64,000 nt of DNA from an uncultured Pseudomonadales bacterium (GTDB taxonomy: Bacteria > Patescibacteriota > Microgenomatia > UBA1400 > PJMF01), in NCBI GenBank assembly GCA_964406075.1, contig CAYOQI010000004.1:57718-121717 (forward strand). Direction: 5' to 3'. The number at the start of each line of letters is the position of its first letter. Position 1 is the first letter of the stretch. Positions 51,701 to 58,400 of this stretch are shown in pieces. The notes under the pieces were generated by a model, which made no database searches, had not been told where the DNA came from, and was given only the letters and a program-made list of their open reading frames with translations. The position numbers and the translations under genes were made by a program.

Positions 51701-52173
51701 CAGTCAAACTTGCATCAGAATCAGCCTCAGTCTTGGGCACAACTGATAGCTCAGAGTTCCAGATTTTGAACGCCAGTAACTCAGCAGTGGCCAGTATCGA
51801 TGCATCTGGATCCGCCAAGTTCTCTAGCATTTCAACTGAAGGCTTAGTCTTGAAACAACCTCAGTCAGAGGCATCATCCTCTGCTCAACGACAAGCTGAA
51901 ATTGCTCGCAAACAAACAGCGGGACAATTAACTCTTGAGGCTGGTGAAGTCACAATGGAAATTGAGAATGATAATGTTGAAGACGACAGCTTGATTTATC
52001 TCACTGCAACTTCAGATACTCAAAACCAAGTCATGTATGTTGGAGAGAAAGAAACCTGTGCATTTGCTGGCCCAACCTGTCAAACCAGCTTCACCGTAAA
52101 AATTAATCAACCGATTGCTACAGACATTAAGTTCAACTTCTGGATTGTAAATGTCTCAAAACAACAGCCGTAA
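36772..52173 (+). CDS. Giant (5133 aa) membrane-anchored repetitive surface fibre protein. N-terminal MerR/excisionase-type HTH, then a TM helix, then about 4900 aa of Thr/Gly/Ser/Asp/Asn-rich repeats, then a distinct C-terminal domain.
   Basis: Uninterrupted 15.4-kb ORF. Residues 10-55 (VSIHEAAKFLKVSTKTLRRWEDRHILLPARTSGGHRRYDL) match the HTH_17/MerR-like motif. TM helix WVSVSIVLAFFFISAAAFSIQGFF at about aa 165-188. Repeated modules such as TINSGGDLTIGSIGLNDVGSDNITSGASLVGVFDEFTNS..VQDVLDDLDAAIGAGASKW occur at least 7 times. Confidence 0.85.
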   Translation: MIPSDLPPLVSIHEAAKFLKVSTKTLRRWEDRHILLPARTSGGHRRYDLNEIKAFKKQKYSSGSVVHQTVLPLATVKPLESKVVDQTDILQVSKPLIIKPIDHFPLKTPKVTAYKPFPETITKVKKTFEFPSFQVRNNIPPQVEIPTEKITDFPIPTTPPSWVSVSIVLAFFFISAAAFSIQGFFKPLVAKHPVLSEIAYSLEKRLAINVFPKKEVMIVQANDSKVLGEHSSLDFLKFNINVESSFREFANFLSDVNVEGNATVSGILSVNSGSLQTTSETAQVFENASTLSIAANTGTTTVNNSLNVGGNLTVIGLINDIAGTLNLSGNTLTSTGDLVIDPGGGGVSIGDATPGIIDMTDGDFFVSGDVEIDGILYAPTANISGTASIGTVLVNSDSINDFTGTGLTVSDGALQTTIGTSVSSSEIENDTILEEDLKVSNDAVNGYALTYDNSTGGFTWTDIASSQVWIDGGSVYYQATTTDDVVIGGTSSLGKLSVDGDSDEIQLVVQGNGTQTSNIFVVEDSSGTDLFVVNNTGSITIASGQDLTIGSIGLNDVGTDNVTSGASLIGVFDEFTNSSATTLQDVLDDFDAAIGGGASKWAQDTGFVYLASTTDDIVVGGDTIANGSLYFDESAGSLYLGTNEALNGSLTLYSSGAGITDPTITADATGNANITTSATALVNILAGNLKVGNGAPTQTLNGEDAYVEGTLEVDGILYAGSATTALTVASGLIDADAIALTPTTEGLSGISSGSGLAVYSDTLSLLQGCGDGQVLKWNETNDSWECANDTGASFAVVNIENNDVAVGSNVDSIDFSTDFLVTASPSNEANVAIADDILNFTEFSDALTLDAATTITNSLAGNLTIDLTSTGDFVIADGGVAFFTFTDGGALTQAGSGQITLTGNVDATNGLDITGASLTVGGANATITTGGALTLASTITAATDETINGVDINAGTVSDVVNLTINSGGDLTIGSIGLNDVGSDNITSGASLVGVFDEFTNSSATTVQDVLDDLDAAIGAGASKWTDSGTVTYLTDTTDSITIGSSTELGKLAVDGDADEVQLLVQGNGTQTNALAIFEDSTGADQFSISNTGNVTLAGDLTISGGNITSATTFDSTATVTGTLTANGTLDANGIFTLGDNGETGAIDTSDWDISATGVLTGVSGITTDGGYTQSGATGNTFSGNVDATSGLDVTGASLTVGGANATITTGGALTLASTITANTDETVNGVDINAGTVSDVVNLTINSGGDLTIGSIGLNDIGSDNITSGASLVGVFDEFTNSDGLNVQDVLDDFDAAIGAGSSKWTDSGTVTYLTSTTDDLAVGGSTVLASMFGIDESAGNFYFGYDNSVSPTFNFEASDGDAGEFGFNTNDTFFFSNARVGVGTTNPSRLLHVSDSSGSPAIRVTGSASGSPFIEFEQSGNVRGVFGYDNTTSTLQLAYGANFSTTFLSLNSSGSMGLGTSAPDAALEINHATGDSLRLTYNDSNGSATSYTDFSLASDGDLTIDSAGGAINLGANDDLNITASTDLIFGGSTSLGESTGAADSGAFLTGIFDEFDNSASSTVQDVIDDIDAAIGNRTYTADNYVTDGQTLTASINALDIALASVSGGAYTGWSIDVDDDGADPIASGATLNVDAGSNVSLTYTAGTNTLLIAATDTNTTYTAGNDLDLTGTVFSLETTLDFVDTINLAGTGTLNGLDAVDATGENTIEALIFDTDAESITGVWTVADSTNFRIGTGGDLTFAHDGSNSTITSTTGDLLIDNTNATGSTIFDLGTDTSATDFLIRNDSGTQLLSLNGAGALQLGSNGQDGQFILYNELGVTDYTNTINPSGSQSQNITYTLPPDDGGADNYVLTTDGNGVLQWESVTGAGGGSGDLTDIIAGNYIDVQNAGGPSPTVDFDPTELEGVTWGASSGASEPFTWTYDVTNSGTDPSITFADNAITLTAATLTASGDLTIQGGDATLGMAGTDGSLTFYNELGATDRSVIFNVSGSQSEDIVYTLPPDNGAADNYVLTTDGSGVLQWESVSGAGGGTGDVTDIVAGNYIDVQNAGGPSPTVDFDPTELESVTWGAQTGASFTWTFNASSGTDTSIAFADGSISPTLAATGLFNVLTGNLKVGNGTPGLSLDGEDAYIEGTFEVDGASQFDGALTTNGTLTANGQFTLGDNGDTGAINTSDWDISTTGSLTGISGIANDGSYTQTGSSANAFTGVTTFNTDVDFTFADTENIAITNTVTGTNGLDLISAIITNQTSSGTQRGIVISNANDAANASTESLIFLDNAETTASTLTDAILITSSGADGGIVDAIDVSAGNITNALNVGGNNIIGTTAVINFDNFDIDGSGNLVTAGTLTAATNETINGVDINAGTVSDVVNLTINSGGDLTIGSIGLNDVGSDNITSGASLVGMFDEFDNSASTTVQDVIDDIDAAIGNRTYTADNYVTDGQSLTASIDALDVALAAVSGGAYTGWDLDGDSGTAETIANGNTVNILGGTNGIDTVVSATDTLTINLDTTEIGTSTFGSGSGFTWTFDAGATDPTLAFASNAITIGGAATLNFGGTLDLGTNTLSDGNFNGNWAFNSGNLSGIGTIGASGAITAATDETINGVDINAGTVSDVVNLTINSGGDLTIGSIGLNDIGSDNITSGASLVGVFDEFTNSDGLNVQDVLDDFDAAIGAGSSKWTDSGTVTYLTSTTDDLAVGGSTVLASMFGIDESAGNFYFGYDNSVSPTFNFEASDGDAGEFGFNTSDSFFFSNALVGIGTASPSEQLEVGGNIELTAAVPRLAFDNTNGDNDWYIQASATGFQFRNSSDNVNYLLINQTGLVSIGGDDSPDYLLELYDATATPTFALSDDDVTHGLTTLAQTDVFSHLTSLSTTAGGAELTTISDTDAQALSIRGVIGSTDPTDTTPAVKLVGAKSNGTTGMADLGAAETVFQVANNDDASALTILGNGNVGIGDTTPAALLTVGTSDALQIDASGNVVTTGTVTAATNETINGVDISAGTVSDVVNLTINSGGDLTIGSIGLNDVGSDNITSGASLVGVFDEFTNSSATTVQDVLDDLDAAIGAGASKWTDGGAITYLTATTDDLAVGASNTLTAPFSVDVSANLVRIGTGSTANAQLDMYASDGDTGSLIYNTSDQFNFTGGDVLIGQALTVTGTTTANGAFDANGQFDLGDGGDAGTISATTLDIDATGALQINSSGGAIGIGNDAVAQAINIGTGAAARTITMGNNTGASALQLTSGTGDITLTSTDDILFTPTDDMLATFAAGSAFTIDAATTDTTVTGGVLALDVDAGNAAVIGIDLDFSQSSGATTGTDAIGQNIAVSANDADGDVFGLSIRSNATANAGVGSYEALIRLINAEDTASAVTDAILIDSTSGVDGDIIDAIDVSDANITNALNVGANNIIGTSAVINFSSFDVDASGNTIIGGTLDVTGISTLVGNLNANGGLDVDNAFVVADGGVLTTSQTANFDGTADFDGAADFSAGVTNSAGEFLVSGGNLQLNDNINLTVGTGDDLTIVHNGTNTLLTSVTGDLIFDNTLVTGSTIFDLGTDTSATDFLIRNNSGTQLLSMNGAGAFQLGSNGQDGQFILYNELGGTDYTNTINPSGSQSQNITYTLPPDDGGLNYVLTSDGSGVLTWQSVGGIGAGGDLTDIVAGNYIDVQNATGPSPTIDFDPTELETVTWGAQAGSSFAWTFNASSGTDPVMTFADNAITLTAATTTLSGDLAINGGNVTTATTFDSTLTATGTLTANGALDANGQFDLGDGGDAGTISATTLDIDATGALQINSSGGAIGIGNDAVAQAINIGTGAAARTITVGNNTGASALQLTSGTGDINLNSADDIFLSPSDDLTAFITAVGQFTIDAATIDSQNTLGAFRLDIDSSTSGTIGFLTNFRAIDDDAADILYANRTDVTIQDDTTASDTVYGNYISLIQNDTTPATTYGLAVVAEDAGTSPVSTGILIENLQATDIDLTDGLLIRATTDGSLVDAIDASDAEITNALNIGANTILGTTGVIDFTNFDVAATGALSLSTAGNTSASFTRTSAGQWMAFNDGTDTWGIYNTAGSPEASLTANTGALAMDTTNGTLYVKTDDGDNTGWVNLASGASSPWTDSGTTSYLTDTTDEVVIGGASPLSSAKFSIDGDADQTQLLVQGNATQTTDLAIFENSAGADQFNFSNTGNLIAAGDITATGGTFNGASGESIDLGVASSDVLTFTTGASTELLLSTTNLTAGTAEGNSLGSATVEWEQLFLGDNNGISFGLDQDWSFGYDEATDDRLELITAGTSGMLIQSATATGNGLALTFDSLSTGEGLYLSSTSTALTSGGHLGLFEWNPGSASSTTADLFSINIGSNATVLGDIFNVQDNGSDLFSVGEAQITSALPHSFTAAGDVSVAYDLQFTNQTASYLKTYGPLQIEAGESFESNNLTIKTYNSGDVVIDLPATGQMIVQGAFSIGDQQTLPAGTTPSVAGGSHYIGNANGLITNFTSGTAGQILVLEFDGTSTDLDCSTAGPIRCGSTDITTQQAAGDIITFIYDGTNWNMIEYVALDADSTAGADLAEYYPASEHLEPGDIVSIDSTQPVMVEKSHESHRQRIMGIVSSDPGLLLGEEADNSYPIALAGRVHVKMSESSEAIQPGDLVGVSQETGKAKKVNSGYTVGRALESWDPNSGDRDVVVFVNLSYIPVDLALNNDGQVSSSYSLITTDSLEYAIRDLNNGQDIQQTLVLAESLIGRLETGSIVTRELQAQSIETEDFLTNNATVSGQLNANSAEINSLRFETATVAGQLFLSDGRSVGSLLDENDAYLASLSAQTQQLAQSFSEQTVPGTSTAFDEFLAQLTGTEDASLSAALAAIQNQEDIELDAESMVLAPDAVFVKEYLNVTGFTQLTTASISQSLTVGDGLLLTQDTIATAEETLYIQPTAGSLNLLAGLMTLTPDGNVTINGDLTVTGIASITDGVKTSQLSPNDFTQDLTVKLASESASVLGTTDSSEFQILNASNSAVASIDASGSAKFSSISTEGLVLKQPQSEASSSAQRQAEIARKQTAGQLTLEAGEVTMEIENDNVEDDSLIYLTATSDTQNQVMYVGEKETCAFAGPTCQTSFTVKINQPIATDIKFNFWIVNVSKQQP
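40462..40862 (+). repeat. 401-bp perfect intragenic direct repeat, copy 1. Copy 2 is at 44590-44990. Similarity continues at about 85% for about 100 bp beyond.
   Basis: Base-for-base comparison of the two stretches, from gttgatattaatgcagggactg through tctgatggtgatgc. Confidence 0.85.
44590..44990 (+). repeat. 401-bp perfect intragenic direct repeat, copy 2.
   Basis: Identical to 40462-40862. Confidence 0.85.
46276..46442 (+). repeat. 167-bp perfect intragenic direct repeat. Copy 2 is at 48067-48233.
   Basis: aatggtcagttcgatcttggagatggtggcgatgctggaacaatttctgcaactacg through ggcactggtgctgcagc is identical in both copies. Confidence 0.85.
48067..48233 (+). repeat. 167-bp perfect intragenic direct repeat, copy 2.
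   Basis: Identical to 46276-46442. Confidence 0.85.
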
Positions 52174-52447
52174 AACACTTGCCGAACTGAATTCATTTTT
52201 GCAATTTCTTCATGAATACTCTTACTTTTCAGATTGAATTGGTATTTTTTGAACTCTGAGATCGAATATGAATATTTTTTATACTCAAAAAAGGGTTGAT
52301 CAATAAACATTTACTACTTTTTAGAAAAATAAGAATACAAACTCTCTTCAGTTTTTTCTCCACAAATTTCTTAATTCTCCTCTGGTATTTCTCAATAATA
52401 AAAGCAGATTAAGTCGGAGATTTTTGGTATTATGTAGATAGAAATTC

Positions 52448-55400
52448 ATGTTCTCATTTCGTCGTCGCCCACTATCTTCCGTATCTAGAAAACGCTCACC
52501 GAAGGTAGTTGTTCTCTTATTGTTGTTAACACTGCTTTTACTCCCAATCGTCTACAGCCTCATTACACGTCCCAATCAAGGAACAGCTGCACCACTCAAC
52601 GCGACTGAAGATTCTACTTCCATCACAATTACATCCCCAGGAAAATATCGAGCAGTGATCCAAAAAGGCGATACCACAGATTACATTCTTTTTTATGATC
52701 TAGCTGAAGATGCCGGTAACCCTGATCCGACACATGAGTTTAAGGGCCCGTGTGTTTTGGAAACAAACACGTATTGCCTGCGAGATGATAGTAACCGAAT
52801 GACAACACTGATTGAGGTGACAGACACCGTTGTGAAAGTTCGGGTCATGGGCAGATTCAATAACGAAGCCAGTACTGATTATCTTGATGATGATACGCCA
52901 CTCTATTTCCCTGAAGTGATCGAAAACTATGCGTTCACTCGTGATGGAGTAAGTGTCATGAACCGTACGGACTTCGCTACGGGAACTGGTGTCACTTTTG
53001 ATGCAGATTCTGGGCACAACGGATATGACTGGCTCGGTGTGTACTCAGATGTCACCGATGGTGCATACGATGACACCGCCAATAATAACTATGGTGATGG
53101 TGCGACTGAGGCTCAAATATCCGCCGATGGAGAGTTTTCTAATACCAATAGTTACTTTCACATGCCTGGAACTGGGAGCTCTACCTACCAAGACGCCTTT
53201 GTCGGTATACATCGAGATGGTTGGTATAGCGATTTAAACTCCAGTGGTGTCCATGAGTGGAATTGGGATGAGGCTGAATCAGGTACGCAGGATTTAATCA
53301 CAGCACAAGAGCAAAACTACAACTCCAGCAGACGTCATGAGGCCAAATGGTATTTCCTCCTGAAAAGTGAATCAGATCTTGATACTGAAGCCGAACGAGA
53401 AGCTTTGAACAATGAAATGATCAATGCCGATATACTCTCCTACACCGTAGGTGAAACGTCCTACGAGATGCCGGTGACTGCAACTGCAATCAATTTTGAT
53501 GCGGATACTGATTACGTCAACGTGCCTGACAACTCAGCCTATGATTTTGGTGATACAGCAGACTACTCTGTTGAAGCGTGGATGATGAGAAATGGAAACC
53601 CTATTTCAGGTGATAACCCCATTGTCTCAAAACGGCTCTGTTGTGGTGCTTCCGGCTGGGAATTCCAGATTCGACTTTCAAGCGCACGAATGCGTTTGCA
53701 AATGACTGATGGAACAGATACGTATGATCTTGAAGGCAGTACGGTTCTTAGTGACCAAACTTGGTACCACGTTGCAGCCGTGTTTGATCAAGACAACGCC
53801 AGCAATAGCATTATCTATATAAACGGTGTTGCAGAAACGATGACTCGGACAGGGACTATTGGAAATTTGGGCAGTATGGCAAGTACCGCTGGACTCGGTT
53901 TTGGTGTTGGTGAGCCTGGTATTGGGAACTATAACAGTTTTTCCGGCCGAATAGCTGAAGTACGAATCTGGGATGATGTGCGAACAGCAGCTGAAATTCG
54001 CGAAAACATGTTTCGACAAATTGACCCCGCATCAGCAAACCTAGTGGGATACTGGAAACTGGATGAAGGGACCGGAACTGCAGTACATGATTCCAGTGCA
54101 ACCGGTGCGAATGGAACAATTGTTGGAGGTGCCACTTGGGACTCAGTCAATGAACGTAAGGCCGATCACTTCAATGAATTTGAATTTGCCCACACACTTC
54201 AGTCAACAGCCCAAAATGCGCAGTACGATATTGATGCTGGAGCATCAAATGTCTCAACAACAGCCAATGGTGCTATTTCCGATAACGCGACCACAGTCAC
54301 AGTTACCTCCACGACAGGCTTTGCCTCTTCGGGAATTGCCTACATTGATGGAGATAAGTTTAGCTACACTGGAACCACTGCCACGACATTTACCGGTGTT
54401 CCCTCTTCTGGTGAACACAGCGTAATTGCTCATGTCACAGGAAGTGTGGTCGCTCAGTTCACGCGAAGTAACACCAACTTTAAGGTTGGTGGCTACCAAT
54501 CCACTGAGAAACCTGCGCAAATTACCAAAGAAGGTATCTCGCAAAAAGAAGGGGTCGATTTCTCAGCTTCTGTAAAGCCAGTAACGGATGGCTACTTTGC
54601 CCAAGACTTAAGTTTTTATGCAGACTTTGCAAGTACGACAGTTGACGTTGGTTCAAACTTGACCAATAGCGGATGTACCCTGACACAAGGTGGCAATGAC
54701 TACACTTTAGGATTTATCACCGTATGTGATGGTGGCTCCGATGACATGACATTTACCTCAACAGGCAATATCGACTATGCCAAAGGAGCCCTTGAGTTTT
54801 CGATCGCGGCATTCAGTACCAGTGCTGACAGTACCGAACGTACATACTTTCGCATAACCGATGGCACCGATGAGTTTCGATTTCGCAAAACATCAGGCAA
54901 TACTTTAGAGTTTTTAATTGATGAAGGCGCTTCCACCTATACAGAATCTATCTCAAGTGCAAACTACAGTTGGGGGTTTTTGGACACTGTTCACATTCGA
55001 CTGGAATGGGATGACAGTGCCTCTACCACAGAAGATGAAATGAAAATTTACATCAATGGAAGATTACCGACCTCCACAGATGCGAGTGGTTTTACCGGTG
55101 CAAATGTGTCTCCTGGTACCACCTTCCGTTTAGGAAATAGTGCAGACTCTGGAGGTACGCACTGTAACTGCTTGATCGATGAATTCAAAATCTATGACTT
55201 CAACGGCAGTGGTGATCAAGTTGGACTGGCCAAGGTTGGAGCCGGTGGTGGAGGTGGTGATTATTTCTATAACCCAAATAATAATCTGACGCTTTCTTTT
55301 GCTCCGGTGGACGCTGGTAATCGAGGTGAGTATCTCTACTTAGGCGCTGATGCCAAAGTCAATGGATATAACTTTGATCTTGCTACCAATGGTGTTGGAA

Positions 55401-58400
55401 GTTCCTTAAATCTTGATTGGGAATACTGGAATGGTGTCGCTTGGACAAGCTTAGAATCCATTGTTGGCTTTACAGATACGACAAGTAACTTAACCCAAAG
55501 TGGCACCGTGTATTGGACTGCTCCACCGACCAACTGGAGACCATATGCGATGAACAGCAAAAATGAGTTCTACTATATTCGAGCTTCCTTAAATGCAGCA
55601 TCTGGTACGTACACCACAAGTCCTGTCGAAAATAGAATCACCACAACAACTCTCTACATTCGAAGCGACACGACACTTAATCTTGAAGATCAAACGTTTG
55701 TCATTCCCACCCAATTCCAACCATCTGTTTTCTGGAAAATGGATGAAGGTCAAGGAACAGCAATCAATGATAGTACTGGGAATAAAAACGACGGAACACG
55801 CCTCAATGCGGTGTGGCAAACGGAAGATATGTGTGTTTCAGGAAAGTGTCTCTATTTTGATGGGAGTGGCAGTCCAAGAGACTATCTGTATAGATTAAAT
55901 GATGACAGTTTCAACTTTACAGCCAGCGAAAGTTTCTCAATAAGTATTTGGATAAAACGTGAACCAATATCTACAGACCCGAATGTGATTCTTGCAAAAC
56001 ATAACTCAAGCGGTGGTGGATATAAAATTCGAATGGAAAATGATGGTGATATCAGTTGTGGAATTGATGATGACAGTACGTACACCCCTGATGCTGAGGC
56101 AATTAGTACGCTCGCCACCTATGATGATAATCAATGGCACCACATCGAGTGTGTCAAAGATGGTACTTCAAGTTTGTCGCTCTATATCGATGGAATACTT
56201 ATTAATACCAACTCCTCTATCTCTGGAGTAGGAAGTCTTGTAAACACGCAACCGTTTTACCTTGGAAATGGCGGTGACGGTTTATCAGATGCATTTAAAG
56301 GCTTCATGGATGAATTCAAAATGTATCCCTATGCTCGAACTGCAGATGAAGTAAAAGCCGACGCTATTGCAGGCGCTGGAAATCGTGGCTCCTCCGCTGT
56401 ACTCGGAGCACAGGACACCGCATTTCTAAATGACGGCTTAGCCGGTTATTGGTCACTCGATGAAGGAACCGCTAACTCTTGTAGTGGAGGAACAAACGAT
56501 AGCTGTGATAAATCTGGCAACAATAATGATGGTGCTTGGCAGGATAATGCCACAAGTACGCGTGGTAAGTTTAGTCGTGGCACAATTTATGATGGAACCA
56601 ATGACAATGTCACCATAACTGATCCAACGTCTGGGACATTAGATTTTGGGACAGGTGATTTTACCGTGTCAACCTGGGTGAACTTCAGTGCTATCGCGAA
56701 TGGAAGTACCCTGCTTGGGAAAAACTTCACTGGTTCGGGAGCCGGGTATGGTATGCGTATACAAACCACTTCCCCGACGATATGGGTGGGAGATGGTGCT
56801 ACTACGGCTGAGCTTGCCCACACGGCAGTACTTTCAAACTCTGCCTGGTATCATGTTGTTGGTGTCAGGAAAAACGGCACATTATATATATACGTGAATG
56901 GTGTACAAGGCTCATCCACTGCATCTTTTACTGGGAATGTGAGTACCACAGGAAATCTGTATTTGGGGGCCAGAGGAACGGGAGCAACAGCAAATATGGC
57001 TGGAAGTTTAGATGAGGTGAGAATATATAATCGGGCCCTTGCTCCTGCAGAAATAACTACTTTATATAACTGGGCACCCGGACCGGTAGGATATTGGAAG
57101 CTGGATGAAAATACGGGTATCAGTGCATATGATTCATCAGGTAATGCTAGCACTGGCACTCTCACAAATAGTCCAACCTGGACACCAGGAAAATTTGGTT
57201 CTGGAGTCAATTTAGGAGGAAATAGTTCCAATCATTATGTGAGCATTGCCGATAATGATCTCTACTCTCCTTCACTCTTTGCAGGAGCTACTATCCAGGC
57301 CTGGTTCAATCAAGACACCGCAACTGCAGCCCGAGACTGGATTGTGGCGAAGGGAAACACAAGTAACTTCGAGTGGGGTCTCGCCGTAAGCAATGGTGTT
57401 CTCTATTGTGAGATCTGGGATTCATCTGGTAGTAGTCAAGCCCAAGTCGTTGCAGGCGTGGTATCCACTGGAGCATGGCACTTCGCCTCTTGCACCATGG
57501 ATAATACCAATGGTGTTTATCTCTATCTTGATGGAGTGTTGCAGGGATCTTCCCCAGGACTTACTGGTGGAATGAGTAATACTACCTCTGCTGTACAAAT
57601 TGGTAATCGTGCCGATGGTGGAGACAATAATTTTGACGGAACTATCGATGAAGTAAAAATCTACAACTATGTTCGTACTCCCGGCCAGATGCTTGAAGAC
57701 ATGAATGGTACTCACCCGGTTGGAGGCTCCCCGGTGGGTTCTCAAATACTTAATTGGAAATTTGATGAGGGCAATGGAACCACAGCAAATAACGAAATAA
57801 CTGGTGGAACAAACGGCACCCTTACCAGTATGGCCACTGCCCCATCGACTTCTTCTTCAGGGTGGACTGCCTCAGGAAAATTTAATAAAGCCTTAGTTTT
57901 TGATGGGACAGACGACAAAGTCGTCATTGACACTGCAAGCGACGCAAATGTGGACTTCAATGCAAGTGAACAGTTTTCTTTGTCGGCCTGGGTGTACTCC
58001 ACCACTGTTCCCACTACTGCAACCGACGAGGATTTAATTATAGGAAAATGGGACGAAACAAGTTCTCAACGTGCATACAGAGTGTTCCTCGAAAATGATG
58101 ATACTGATTCAACAGGTCACATCCGAGTTGAAGTCATGGATGAATCCACCGGAGGAAATGAAATTCTCTCAGCAGTTACGAGTAATGACACTATCTCACA
58201 AAACACTTGGTATCACGTCACCATGACATTTAATGGAACGATCACTGGAGCTGCAAATAGTCTGAAGGTATATCTAGATGGCAAGCAACTTGGTACCAAC
58301 GCAGCGAATGCAAGTTTCGTAGGTATTGATGACGTCACCTCTGATTTCACGGTAGGTGATTATGATGCCACAGACAGTGACGGAGATCTTGATGGCTTTA

